Shown: positions 21,290-32,558, numbered from the stretch's first letter. The stretch: 64,000 nt of DNA from an uncultured Acidobacteriota bacterium (GCA_963754105.1 CAVWEZ010000007.1:315383-379382), one strand, 5' to 3'. Numbers and translations: made by a program. The notes: generated by a model not told the origin, from the sequence alone.

Positions 21290-22022
21290 CGCGCCGAACC
21301 ATTCGCGCAGCACCACCAGCGCGGCCACTCCCAGAATCACCACAAAAAAGAAAACCTCGTTGCGCACGATCGGCCCGACAGTGGCCATCTCGGTTTTGCT
21401 GGACCATATCCACATGCGCCTCGCTCAACTCGTGCACGCCTGTGAGCGCCAGTTGGAACGCGACCACCATAAGGATGATGCTTGTCGCACGAAAGAAGCG
21501 ATGCAGCGGAATCCGCAGTGTTCCCTGGAAGAAGAAAACGCCCACGCCGACCGCAATCGCGATGCCCAGCAGCGTCCCAATCCACACTTGCACGCCTGCG
21601 GTGGAAAGCTCCACTGCCCGCAGGATCAGCACGAGCTCCGCACCCTCGCGCACCACCATGAAGAAAACAAATGCGCCGATAGCCCATCCCGCCGCGCTCG
21701 TGGACCGCTGCGCGTAAGCCTCCACGCGCGCTTCGATGTTTTTTCGCAAGCTCCGCGCCACCCGGTTCATCCATATAATCATGGTGACCACCAGCGCGGA
21801 GGCCAGCAGCATCAGCAGGCCTTCGAAACCGTCTTCGCTAATTGCCCAGCGCTGCAGGAGCACGGCGGCGGCGACGCTGGCCGCGCACGCCAGGATAACT
21901 CCTCCCCATGCATAGCTTTTCAACGCGCGGCGGCCGCTGCGGTCCAAATATACGAGTACAATACCGACGATGAGCGCGGCCTCGACGCCTTCCCGAAGGG
22001 CTACAAGGAGAGCTGGAATCAT
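21290..22022 (-). pseudogene. FTR1 family iron permease (EfeU-like); frame interrupted near 21412-21418, and the 3' boundary is approximate
   Basis: MIPALLVALREGVEAALIVGIVL...VVREGAELVLIL contains two REGxE motifs. After HELSEAH the protein continues in another frame (WSSKTEMATVGPIVRNEVFFFVVILGVAALVVL). Confidence 0.8.
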
Positions 22023-22166
22023 AGAATTTCCAGTTGTAAACGAGTTGCAACTGGCATTTCCAGTCTAGCGAGGTACTGGCCCAAATTCAAGCTCTTTGAA
22101 CAACATCGTTCTGCTTTACAGCCGCACGGTTTACGTTCCTTTGTACAATGGCATCACACATTAGCC

Positions 22167-25100
22167 ATGGCCGATCAGAATTATCCGGACAAGGTCCGAG
22201 GGCCCCGTCGCGTTGCAATCTCGAGCGGCTTCTGCCTGCTGCTTTTTGCCGGCACTTTGGCGATCTGCGCGACCGCAGCTCAGGCACCCTCGCAATCGCC
22301 AGGGTGTTAAGCCCACCGTCTCGCCGGTAGTATCCAAGGCCGATGCGAAAAAAGCGAAAGCGGCCTATGAAGACGGCGTGAGGGCGGAGCAGCGGCTGGA
22401 TTGGGACGCCGCTTTTGCCGCCTACTCCGACGCGGCGCACTGGGATCCAAGCGACCGGGAATATCTGCTGCGTCTCGCAATTGCGAAGAGCCGAATCGTT
22501 CAAAAAAAGGTCGACGCCGCCGAGCGCGATGCTGTCTCAGGGCAGCTGGACGCAGCCCGCAGGGAACTGCTCGACGCCAGTTCCATCGATCCCTCGAATA
22601 AGACAGTGCAGGAACGGATCGTGGAACTGACGGCCGCGGAGCCGGAGCGAGTTCGACAAATCGATGAGCCGGAAATTACGGGCGAGCCGGATCTCGAATA
22701 CCGGCCTGGCAAACAGAGCTTCGACTATCGCGGCGATACGCAGGGAGCGTACCAACAGTTGGCCTCGCAATTTGGTGTGGAAGCGGCATTCGACGTCGAT
22801 CTCCATGCTCGAACGGTCCACTTCCAGGTAACAGACATGGATTTTCCGACCGCCGCGCGCGTGCTGGGCGACTTGACCGCAACATTTTGGCGGCCGCTCA
22901 CGTCGCGTCTCTTTTTCGTCACTGACAATACGCCGCAAAAACGAAAAGACTACGACGCCTCGGTGGTCCGCACCGTTTTGCTTCCGTCTTCGGAAACGCC
23001 CGAGCAGATGACGGAAATGCTGCGAATGGTTCGCGATATCACCGGCATCACCCGCTCTGACCTCGATACGAACAGCCGCACTATCACTTTGCGCGCGTCT
23101 CCGCAAGCGATTGCGGTGGCCTCGGATTTGATTGGCAATCTCGAGCAGCCCACGGGAGAAGTGGTTTTAGAAATTGAAGTTCTCGAGGTGGACCGCAACC
23201 GCGCGCGGCAGCTCGGAATTACTCCGCCTCAAACCGCAACGGTTTATTCGCTCAGCTCGCAGCAAATCCAGGAGGCGGAACAATCCGCCCAAGGTCTCAT
23301 TGACGTGATCAACCAAATCTTCGGGACCTCATCGGTTCCGCCGGTCATTGCTTTCGGCGGAGGCAAGACGACGTTTCTCGCCACCCTTCCCGGTGCGGCG
23401 GCCAATTTTGCCGAGATGCTCTCGCTCGTCCGGCAGGGCCGGCGCATTTTGCTCCGTGCGCAGGACGGCCAGCCCGCGACGTTTTTTGTGGGCGACCGCG
23501 TTCCGGTGTCCCTTACGACTTTTGCTCCGAGTATCACATCGGCGGGAATCAGCAGCGTCAGCGCTGCCGCGGCAACGGTGGCTCCGCTGACCAACTATGC
23601 GGCGGGGAATTCACCTGCTTTCGTGGCCACAGCCGACCTGCGCGGCACTAGTATCAACGACCTGATCGTCGCGAATTCGGCCGACAATACCATGTCGGTG
23701 TTGCTTGGAAATGGCGACGGGACATTCGGCGCACAGACGACGTTCCCGACGGGGACGACTCCGGTTTGGATTGCGAGCGGGCAATTCAATAACGGCGCGG
23801 CTGCTGCAAATAGCGATAACATTCTGGATTTGGCGGTCGCCAACAAGGCCGCAAATACGGTTTCGATTCTTGCTCGGGAAAGGCGACGGCACGTTCCAGC
23901 CCAAAGTGGACATACCCACGGGCAGAGGGCCTGTTTCAGTGATCGCCACGGATTTTCACGATCTCAGCGGGACGGGATTTCTCGATCTTGCGGTCGCCAA
24001 CCAGGACGACAACTCGATCTCTATCTTTCAGGGGAATGGCGACGGTACTTTCCAGGCGCCGGCGTTGATCCAGCTTCCCGCCGGTTTTTCACCCGCCGCT
24101 CTTGCGGCTGCGGATCTGAACGGCGACGGCCACGCGGACCTGGTCGTCGCGGACCAAGGCCACAACACCATCTCCGTCTTCCTAGGTAACGGGGACGGAA
24201 CTTTTCAGAATCGCACCGACTATCCACCGGAGACGCGTCCCGTATCAGTGGCGTTTGGAGACTTTAACGCCGATGGCGCCGAGGACATCGCCGTAGCGAA
24301 CCTCGGCGGAAACTCCGTGACGGTCTACTACAATCAAATCAGCACCACCAACTCGGCGCCCCTTGGCAAATTCGTAGCGGGTGCCACCCGGGATTTCGCC
24401 GCGGGCAACGGTCCAACCGCGATCGCCGTGGCGGATTACAATGCGGACGGTGCTCCCGATATCACGGTTTCCGACACAACGGACAATGCTATAACGGTCC
24501 TTCTAAACGCCGGCAGTGAGCTTTTCACGGCGCTTCCGGAGATTCCGGTGGGCACTGCTCCCGCTTCCATCGCCACGGCTGATTTCAATGGCGACGGCCT
24601 ACCAGATGCGGCCACGGCAGACAACGGGTCCGCCCAGGCCACCGTAATCATCAATTCCGCCAGCCTTTTTGGCAGCGGTGTAGGGCTCAATTCTTTCGGC
24701 ACGCCGTATCCGGGAGTGCAGTACCTCGACATCGGTCTGAAGGTGAAGGCCACGCCGCGAATCCATCCCAACGACGACGTTACTCTTGATCTGAACTTCA
24801 ATATCAGCAGCCTGAGCGGCCAGAGCATCAATGCAATCCCCGTCATCAGCAATGACGAAGTGGATCAGACAGTTCGGGTGAAGCCCAACGAAACGGCGGC
24901 GCTGGCAGGGTTCCTCGAAACGCAGCTCAGCAACGCGATCACCGGCAACCCAGGAATCGCCGACATTCCGGGAATCGGCCTTCTCGATCAGAACCAAAAC
25001 GCGCAGCAGGAGGAGACCGAGTTGCTCATCCTGGTCACGCCGCGGATGGTGCGGCTCGCCCGACGCAAGGACCATACGATTTACGCGGGGCAGGGGTCGG

Positions 25101-25234
25101 CGGAGAGTGAAGGCGCTGGAGCGGTGGGAAACACGTTGCCGCCACTGCCACCACAGCAAGTTCCGGAGCCGGGGCGAGAGCCGCCGCAAAGCCTGCCGAC
25201 GCAGCGGGGCATACGGTCTATGCCGGACCAATAG
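22167..25234 (+). pseudogene. Secretin (GspD/PilQ superfamily) with a seven-repeat FG-GAP/VCBS propeller inserted in the secretin domain; frame interrupted near 22300-22310 and 23866-23872
   Basis: The signal peptide (MADQNYPDKVRGPRRVAISSGFCLLLFAGTLAICATAAQA) lies in the tail of the 21144-22310 frame, and the rest lies in ORFs 22213-24189 and 23705-25234. Secretin blocks are VVLEIEVLEVDRNRARQLGI, LLRAQDGQPATFFVGDRVPV, GVQYLDIGLKVKATPRIHPNDDVTLDLNFNISSL and IADIPGIGLL...ETELLILVTPRMV. Seven GNGDGTF/DxNxDG repeats occupy about 23584-24658. Confidence 0.8.
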
Positions 25235-25268
25235 AGATTCGGCGCGGCGCCTGGAACGGCGGAAATAG

Positions 25269-26243
25269 CTATTGTGTTGCGTCGAGCACGACCACCGGCT
25301 GATACGTCCGCGGCACCACAGGCTCGGCAATGGCGATCAATTGTCCTTGCTGACTGAAGACCCGCAGCCGCGCGGGCTTCCATTCCCCGGAATCAAGCTC
25401 GGCCGGCGCGCCTTGCGCCGCTGTCGCATGGCCGGGCTGAATTTGCGCGAGCGGCAAATTGAACTTCGCTCCGTGCCGCACGCGCTTCTCGATGATCGGG
25501 CAGCACGGTGGCACGCGGCAATTCGGGCAGCAGATCTTCGAGCCGGATCACGCGCGCGGCGATCTTCCCCGATTTTGCGTCTTCGGCAAGTTCGGCCAGC
25601 GGCACGGCGTGGTCGAGCGTGAATTCTCCCACCGCGGTGCGGATTATTTCCGCCAGGTGCGCGCCCGAGCCGTGCAGCTTCCCCAGATCGTGCGCCAGCG
25701 AACGAATGTACGTGCCCGCGCCGCACTCCACCGAGAAGCGCGCCAGCGCGCCTTCGATGCCGGTTAGCCTGAATTCGTACACTTCCACGTCCATCGGTTC
25801 GAGCTTCACGGGCTTGTTTTTGCGCGCGAGTTCGTGCGCCGGCCGCCCGTGAATTTTCTTTGCCGAAAAGGACGGCGGCGTCTGCTGGATTTTCCCTATG
25901 AATTGCGCGGCCAGCCCCTGAATTTGCGCCGCATCGAGCGTCGGTGCCGCATCCGGCCCTGCGCTTCGCCATCAGCGTCATAGGTGTCCGTGGCGAAGCC
26001 GAAGCGCACGGCGCAGGTGTAGCGTTTACGGCGTCCGGTATAGAAGCGCGCGAGCCGCGTGGCTCTGCCGAGCGCGAGCACCAGCACGCCCGTGGCCAGC
26101 GGGTCGAGCGTGCCAAGATGTCCGATTTGGCGGAAGCCGACGAGGCGGCGCACGGTTTCGACCACGTCGTGCGACGTCTTTCCCCGCGGCTTATCGACTA
26201 CGAGGATTCCGTCGAGTGGAGGCGGTTGCGGGATTCGGGGCAT
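25269..26243 (-). pseudogene. truB: tRNA pseudouridine(55) synthase; frame interrupted near 25955-25965 and 25495-25505
   Basis: DGILVVDKPRGKTSHDVV...GHLGTLDPLATGVLVLALGRATR, then GKIQQTPPSFSAKKIHGRPAHELAR...ECGAGTYIRSLAHDLG, then the C-terminal PUA-like part in a third frame. Confidence 0.9.
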
Positions 26244-26303
26244 TTTGGCTTTGTTCGCAGCGCCGGATTCGAGCCGGCAAAACTGCGGGTCGACTTCCGC
26301 CCG

Positions 26304-26669
26304 CTACGATTTCTCCGGCTGATGCACTTTTCGCAGCAGCTCGTCGATATGCTGCGCCGTACTCCTCGGATTCATCGACGAGGAAAATGATCTCGGGAGC
26401 CCTCCGCAGCCGGAGCCGCTCGACCAATTCGTGGCGGACAAAACCCGCGGCGGCTTTCAAGCCCGCGAGCGCTCTTCGCGTTCTCTCCGCATCGTCTCCG
26501 GGACTGCACGAAAACGCGCACGGCGCGCATGCCGGGCGCCGACGCGAACCTCCGTGACGCTGAGCGGCACCGCCAAGCGCGGATCTTTCAACTCACCGGC
26601 CAGCATCAGGCCAACTTCATTGCGGATTTCTTCCGCAATTCGTTCCGCGCGAAATCCGCCGACGGTCAT
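26304..26669 (-). pseudogene. rbfA: Ribosome-binding factor A; at least 2 frame interruptions
   Basis: MTVGGFRAERIAEEIRNEVGLMLAGELKDPRL...VTEVRV, then LKAAAGFVRHELVERLRLRRAPEIIFLVDESEEY, then HIDELLRKVHQPEKS-stop in a third frame. The start overlaps the DUF503 stop (ATGA). Confidence 0.8.
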
Positions 26670-26960
26670 TCCCCATCCTCGAAATATTCGATTTGGCTTG
26701 AAACCAGATCGCGCCCCAGGATGCGCTCCGATTCGGCGGCGATCGCTTGAACGCGATTCCTCGAGATGTTTGCCGTCGCCCGAAATGGTGACCACGCCCA
26801 CGCGCGACCGCTGCCAAACTTCTTGATGATCCAGCTCGGAGACGGCCACGTTGAAGTGGGCGCGCAATCGGTCTTTCAGGCTGCGAAGCACCTGCCGCTT
26901 GTCTTTGAGCGACTGCGCGTCAGAAATGTGAATTTCCAGTGTGAGGAGGCCGACCGGCAT
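26666..26960 (-). pseudogene. DUF503 (YlxP-like) protein; frame interrupted
   Basis: MPVGLLTLEIHISDAQSLKDKRQVLRSLKDRLRAHFNVAVSELDHQEVWQRSRVGVVTIS, with the C-terminus ...IAAESERILGRDLVSSQIEYFEDGE-stop in another frame. It occupies the classical position between infB and rbfA. Confidence 0.7.
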
Positions 26961-27075
26961 TTCCGTTCATCCCGAGGCAGTAAAGCCGCCCCTTTTCGGA
27001 GCCAAAACCGGAGCGAGCCGAGGTACAGGCTCCGGTCCGCACCGAAATTCGCGCGTTGCGCCGGCGCGCGCGCTG

Positions 27076-29907
27076 CTAGCCGCGCCTGGCTTCTGCCACC
27101 GCTTGCGGCCGTGCCGCTCGATCGGGCGGAGCTTCGACCGGCGCGACCTTCTCGATCTTGAAGCATTCCAGGGAGTCGCCAACTTTGACGTCGTTGAAAT
27201 TGGAGATGCCTGCGCCGCACTCGAAGCCGGCGCGTACTTCGCTCGCGTCTTCCTTGAATCGCCGCAGGGAACTGATTTTGCCCGTGTAGATCACCACGTT
27301 GTCGCGAAGCACGCGCACGTCCGCATCGCGCTTCAAGATTCCCTCCTGGACGGAGCATCCCGCGATCATGCCCACGCCCTTCACGCGGAAGGTGTCGCGA
27401 ACTTCGGCGCGGCCCAGGTAGGTTTCCTTGATGAGCGGCGCCAGCAGTCCGGAGACGGCCTTCTTCAGCTCATCAATCAGCTCATAGATAATCGTGTGGA
27501 GGCGGATGTCCACACCCTCGCGCTGCGCCAGATCGGATGCCTTGCGTTCGGGCCTTACGTTGAACGCCACTATAATCGCATTGGAAGCCGAGGCGAGCAG
27601 CACGTCGCGTTCGGTCACTGCGCCCACGCTCGCCTGAATCACTTTCAGCCGCACCTGATCGTTCGAAAGTCCCGGCAACAGTTCGTTGAGGACTTCCACC
27701 GAACCTTGGACGTCTGCTTTCACGACTACGGGCAATTCTTTCATTTCGCCGGCTCGAAGTTGTTCGTGCAGTTGATCGAGTGTGAGGCGGCCGGAGGGAC
27801 CGGTCTTCGCCAGAGCCGCCTCGCGCTGCTTTCCTTGACGGTACTCGACGATGTGGCGGGCCTTGGCTTCGTCCGCCACCTGGAATTGGTCCCCCGCTTC
27901 GGGCACGCCTTGCAATCCGAGAACTTCCACGGGAGTGGACGGCTCGGCCTTCTGAATGGCCTGGCCGCGATCGTCAAACATGGCGCGAACTTTGCCGTAC
28001 ACCGCGCCGACGATGAAAACATCGCCGACGCGCAGGGTTCCGTTCTGTACCAGCACGGTAGCCACAGGTCCGCGGCCCTTATCCATGCGGGATTCGAGAA
28101 CGGTGCCGCTGCCAGGAGCGTCGGGATCGGCCTTGAGTTCGCGCAAATCGCTGACGAGCAGAATCATCTCGAGCAAGCGCGGCAGATTTTTCTTGGCTTT
28201 AGCGGAGACTTCCACCATCACCGTGTCGCCGCCCCATTCCTCGGGCATCAAGCCGCGGTCGGCAAGCTGGCGCTTCACGCGCTCGGGCAGCGCTTCGGGC
28301 TTGTCGATTTTATTTATGGCGACAACGATGGGTACGTTGGCGGCTTTGGCGTGCGCAATAGCTTCTTCCGTCTGCGGCATCACGCCATCGTCCGCGGCTA
28401 CGACCAGCACGACGATGTCTGTAACCTTTGCGCCGCGCGCGCGCATTCGCGTGAACGCTTCGTGGCCCGGCGTGTCGATAAAAACAATCCGCCGCTGGTC
28501 CACGTGCGCTTCATATGCACCTATATGCTGGGTGATTCCGCCTGCTTCGCCCGCCGCTACTTCGGTTTCGCGGATGGCATCAAGCAAGCTGGTCTTGCCG
28601 TGGTCCACGTGGCCCATCACGGTGACTACCGGAGCGCGCGGTAGTTGGTTTCCACTGCGCTCTTCTTTGATTTTTTCTTCCTGGACCACCTGCTCTTCAA
28701 AGGTCACAACTTGGACGATTCCATTGAACGCTTCCGCCAAGCTGGTCGCGGTAGGAACGTCGAGCGCCTGGTTGATGCTGGCGAAAACTCCGCGGTCGAG
28801 CAAGGTTTTCAGCAAGTCCTTGGCGCGAATATCCATCTTCTCGGCAAGCTCGCGTACGGTGATGCCTTCCGTAACCGTGACGTTCCGCGGCTCGCGTTGC
28901 ACCGGGGCCACAGGTTCAGCGTGAGCCGCGCGTCCTGCTCCCACACCAGCGCGCGTCCGAACCGGGTGCAGCCTGCGCTCACCTTCGGCATAGCGTTTTT
29001 CGATCGTCGGACGTCCGCGTGAAGCGGGCGGTTTTCGCTGCGTATAGGGGCTTTCCTGGCTCTGCCTTGGGCAGGCCTGAAACGCCCGTGGCGCCGGGAC
29101 GCTGACTTCCAAGAGGCCCCTGACCGGGTCGTCCTGTCCCAGGGCGCTGCGGAAATCTTGATGGCGGTGCTCCGCCAGGTCTCGGTGGGCCGCTCGGTCT
29201 GGACTGACCTGGTGCGGCCGCAGGACGCATTCCTTGAGGAGCGCCCGGCCGACTTTGGCCGAAACCTTGACCAGGACGCGCCGGGAATCGACCAGGCTGT
29301 CCTGCTTGCGGCGGGCCTGCGGGCCTCGGCGCACCCGAGGCGCCTGTGGCCGGAGCTGAAGAAGCCGCTGCCGGGCGCATCGCCCCGGGGGCAGACGGTT
29401 GTCCCGTGGCCGTTCTTGGAGGGGACGGGCGGCTTGGTGGCACAGTCCGTGGCGCAGTTGGCGAAGCCGAAGGTGCGGCGGGTCGAGTCGCAGCCGCAGT
29501 TGCCGTGGCGGCCGGCGAAACAGTCGGACGCACGGGCGCAGCAGCGGAGCCGCTGCAGGCGGCGCGGTGCTAGCCGCAGGCGATGTTTTTGCCGGAGCCG
29601 CTGGCGAACCTGGAGCCGCGGATGCGCCGGTTGGTGCCAGGGCAGGTCCAGCGGGCTTCGCGGGTGCCGCGGCAGGCCGGGCGACCTTTGACTTTGCGGC
29701 TGTCTTGGCCGCCTCCGCCGCCGCTTCCGCGTCCGCTAGCTCACGAAAATGCTTTCGCGCCAGCTCGGCATGCTCAATGTCAAGTGAGCTCGAATGGGTC
29801 TTTTTCTCCGCGACGCCGATCTCGGGGAGAAAGTCGATCAGCACCTTGGCTTTGATCTCAAGCTCTCGCGCCAGTTCGTTGATGCGGATTTGGTTGGAAT
29901 CTGACAT
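27076..29907 (-). CDS. infB: Translation initiation factor IF-2; the ORF is open, but about 29045-29550 appears to be read in the wrong frame
   Basis: The N-terminus is [27 protein letters not shown]. The G domain has [24 protein letters not shown] and NKID, and the C-terminal domains are intact. The Arg-rich middle of the 943-aa ORF is replaced in the -1 frame (ORF 28979-29533) by a Pro/Ala/Gly-rich linker typical of IF-2. Confidence 0.93.
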   Translation of the reverse strand: MSDSNQIRINELARELEIKAKVLIDFLPEIGVAEKKTHSSSLDIEHAELARKHFRELADAEAAAEAAKTAAKSKVARPAAAPAKPAGPALAPTGASAAPGSPAAPAKTSPAASTAPPAAAPLLRPCVRLFRRPPRQLRLRLDPPHLRLRQLRHGLCHQAARPLQERPRDNRLPPGRCARQRLLQLRPQAPRVRRGPQARRKQDSLVDSRRVLVKVSAKVGRALLKECVLRPHQVSPDRAAHRDLAEHRHQDFRSALGQDDPVRGLLEVSVPAPRAFQACPRQSQESPYTQRKPPASRGRPTIEKRYAEGERRLHPVRTRAGVGAGRAAHAEPVAPVQREPRNVTVTEGITVRELAEKMDIRAKDLLKTLLDRGVFASINQALDVPTATSLAEAFNGIVQVVTFEEQVVQEEKIKEERSGNQLPRAPVVTVMGHVDHGKTSLLDAIRETEVAAGEAGGITQHIGAYEAHVDQRRIVFIDTPGHEAFTRMRARGAKVTDIVVLVVAADDGVMPQTEEAIAHAKAANVPIVVAINKIDKPEALPERVKRQLADRGLMPEEWGGDTVMVEVSAKAKKNLPRLLEMILLVSDLRELKADPDAPGSGTVLESRMDKGRGPVATVLVQNGTLRVGDVFIVGAVYGKVRAMFDDRGQAIQKAEPSTPVEVLGLQGVPEAGDQFQVADEAKARHIVEYRQGKQREAALAKTGPSGRLTLDQLHEQLRAGEMKELPVVVKADVQGSVEVLNELLPGLSNDQVRLKVIQASVGAVTERDVLLASASNAIIVAFNVRPERKASDLAQREGVDIRLHTIIYELIDELKKAVSGLLAPLIKETYLGRAEVRDTFRVKGVGMIAGCSVQEGILKRDADVRVLRDNVVIYTGKISSLRRFKEDASEVRAGFECGAGISNFNDVKVGDSLECFKIEKVAPVEAPPDRAARPQAVAEARRG

Positions 29908-29977
29908 CAGCCTCTATTCTTTGAACATGTCGTCCAAAACTCTTTTTGCCCGGCGCCGATTCCGCCGGGAGCCGGTG

Positions 29978-31504
29978 CTATTCCTCGGGAGTTTCTCGCT
30001 TCTCGGCGCTTTCGTCTACCGTGGAGGCTGCTTCCTTATCCGCCGGAGTGGTTTCTTCAGCCTCTTCAGACGGTTCCTCCGTGCTCGGCGCCGGATCGGC
30101 TTGCGCTTCTTCGGTCAAGTCGGCCGTTCCCGCCTCGTCCAGCGCCTCCGTTGCCTCCGGCGTTTCAACACTTGCTTCTGGCATTGCTTCTGCCGCCGCT
30201 TCGTCTTCGGTGGAGGGTTCAATCGGAGCGATCGGCTGCGCTTCAAGGGCCTCGAAGTACGCCGCGACCGATTGGTGAATCTTTTCCACCATTTTCTCGC
30301 CGATGCCAGGAATTTCTACTAGTTGCTCCGGGGTCATATCGGCGAGTTTCTCGATCGAAGTGATTCCCGCGGCTTCGAGCTTCTCAATTGTTTTCGGGCC
30401 GACGCCCTGAGTTCGGCAAGCGCGGTGCCAGGAGCGGTGAGCGCGGCCATCTGCGCTTCGATTTCGCGCCGCTTTTCTTCCTCGCTCTTGATATCCACAT
30501 TCCAGCCGATCAGCTTGCTGGCGAGGCGGACGTTCTGCCCTTTCTTGCCGATGGCCAGCGACAATTGTGTATCCTCGACGATCACTTCGAGGCGCTTTTC
30601 CTCCGGGTCCACGATCTGCACGCGAGTAACTTTCGCGGGGCTGAGGGCCTTTTGGGCGAAGGCGACTGTTTCTTCGCTGTACGGAATGATGTCAATCTTT
30701 TCGCCGCGAAGCTCGCGGATGATCGATTGGACGCGCATGCCCTTCATTCCAACGCACGCGCCCACGGGGTCCACATCTTTGTCCCGGCTTTCGACTGCGA
30801 TTTTTGTGCGCTCGCCCGCTTCGCGCGCCACCGCGCGAATTTGTACGGTGCCGTCATAAATTTCCGGCACTTCCATTTCGAAGAGCCGCTGCACCAGGGC
30901 GGGATCGGCGCGGGAAACGATCACCTGCGGTCCTTTTGCAGCGCGCTCGACCGCTCGAATCGTCACGCGCAGCCGGTCGCCGACATTGTAGGCCTCAAGG
31001 CGCGATTGTTCGCGCTTCGGCAGTCGCGCTTCGGTGCGGCCGAGGTCCACGATCATGTCCGGGCCTTCCATGCGCTTCACCACGCTATTGATCAGCTCGC
31101 CCACGCGCGTGTGAAATTCGTTGTAGATCGTATCACGCTCGGCTTCGCGCACTTTTTGCAGGATCACCTGCTTGGCGGTCTGCGCGGCGATTCTTCCCGA
31201 GCACGTCGGTCGGCTTTGGTTGCGTGATTTCTCCGCCGACTTCGATTTCTGGATTTCGCTTGCGCGCGTCCGTCAGGGAAATTTCGCGCACAGGATCTGC
31301 TACTTCGTCCACGACCATGTGAACGGAAAATACGTCTATCTGGCCGCTTTCGGGGTTGAATTTCGAGCGCAGCTCTTCCTCAGTGCGGTAGTACTTGCGC
31401 GCCGCCACGACCATCGCGTCCTCGATGGCCGCAACGATGATCTCCGGTTCAATATGCTTCTCCCGGCTGATCTGCTCGATTGTCTGGTATAGCAGACTCG
31501 CCAT
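29978..31504 (-). pseudogene. nusA: Transcription termination/antitermination factor NusA; frame interrupted near 31195 and 30410-30420
   Basis: The N-terminal domain (MASLLYQTIEQISREKHIEPEIIVAAIEDAMVVAARKYY), S1/KH domains (PVGACVGMKGMRVQSIIRELRGEKIDII, LSLAIGKKGQNVRLASKLIGWNVDI) and the HhH C-terminus (MTPEQLVEIPGIGEKMVEKI) lie in three frames. Confidence 0.9.
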
Positions 31505-31529
31505 CTGTCTTATTTCTCCCCCCGATGCC

Positions 31530-32016
31530 CTATGTCCCGATCACAATCTCCACGACCAAATTCGCCTTCCGAATCTGGCTATACGGCACGGCAACCTCGC
31601 GATCGCGAACCGCCAGCTTCACAACGCCATTGGCGTAGCCAGCCAGCCGACCTTCCAGATATTTCTGGTTCTCGACCGGCTCATTCAGCCAGATTTTCGC
31701 CAGCCGTCCGGCAAACCGCTCATAATCCGCGGGCTTGATCAGCTTCCGATCCAGCCCCGGTGAACTCATCTCCAGTACATAACTGCCGGTCCCGGAATCA
31801 GATCTTCCACATCCAAAATAACGCTCAACTGCTCGCTCACACGCTGGCAGTCGTTGTGTGCTCCACGGCCCCGTCGGGTTGCTCCGGATCGGGCAGGCGG
31901 TCGATATAGACCCGCAGAAACCGCTGCTTGCCGACCTTCCACTCGAGGTCGAAGATTTCAAGACCCTCGGAATGGGCCACCCGCTCCGCCGCCTCTCGAA
32001 TCCTTTCTAGGTCCAT
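31530..32016 (-). pseudogene. rimP: Ribosome maturation factor RimP; frame interrupted near 31858 and 31795
   Basis: MDLERIREAAERVAHSEGLEIFDLEWKVGKQRFLRVYID..., then NDCQRVSEQLSVILDVEDLIPG, then YVLEMSSPGLDRKLIKPADYERFAGRLAKI... in successive frames, immediately upstream of nusA. Confidence 0.8.
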
Positions 32017-32281
32017 TCTCTTCTAATCGCGGCAGTTACCCCTGACCGGAGGCACCGCGTCCCGTTTCATGCGGCCAACAAAAAAGTGGGCTCGCGCCCA
32101 CTGGTTTGTGCGACCTATCTGGAAGCAAATTTAGTATAAGCTTCGTTACCCCTGAAACGCAAGCCACCGCCCCCAGACTTGATTTCGATACGTTTTTGCA
32201 CGTGTTTTACCCGAGGGATAATCGCGCTGTATTCTGCTACCATGCGCCGTCTGGAAGTGCAGACACTTTTGAACGGAGCCG

Positions 32282-32558
32282 ATGGCGATGCAAACGCCGG
32301 ATCCAGACGCCAAAATCGAGTTAAACCAGGTTGTCCAGAAGTATTTGGGAGCGGCAGGCAGCTACGGGCGGACGGTGCCGCTGGATTCCCTGGGGCTTTC
32401 GGCCAAGGAAGTCGAGGATGTGTTCGGCACATTCGATGGAGGACTACCACATCAGCCGCTACTTCCACTTTGAGTGCGCTTCCGGCGCGAATTTCCAGAT
32501 CAACGGCTTTCCGCAGACACACGTTTCGATTGACGCGGAAATCCAAAGCATCCTGTAG
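32282..32558 (+). pseudogene. Hypothetical small protein (about 90 aa); frame interrupted near 32430
   Basis: GGAG lies 6 nt before the ATG. MAMQTPDPDAKIELNQVVQKYLG...KEVEDVFGTFD continues in the +1 frame as MEDYHISRYFHFECASGANFQINGFPQTHVSIDAEIQSIL. No domain recognised. Confidence 0.3.

Noticed and set aside
17559-22022. Interpreting the frameshifts as programmed ribosomal frameshifting or genuine pseudogenisation.
   Set aside because: There are far too many, they hit essential genes, I saw no recurring slippery heptamer, and one identical 18-mer context carries the same error twice. Sequence error is the simpler explanation.
21144-22166. A 388-aa plus-strand ORF overlapping the FTR1 region.
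   Set aside because: It is antisense to FTR1/DUF2318 for most of its length. Only its last 48 codons (from 22167) look real, and those are the signal peptide of the secretin, joined to it by a frameshift.
26941-28644. A 567-aa plus-strand ORF, the longest unexplained ORF in the track.
   Set aside because: It lies entirely antisense to infB, whose translation is unmistakable. Its own translation is low-complexity (H/R/A/G-rich) with no motifs. This is typical shadow-ORF behaviour in GC-rich DNA.
29045-29550. Taking the Arg-rich middle segment of the 943-aa IF-2 ORF at face value as an unusual basic domain.
   Set aside because: The -1 frame gives a typical Pro/Ala/Gly IF-2 linker, and Arg-rich strings are what P/A/G-coding GC-rich DNA yields when read out of frame.
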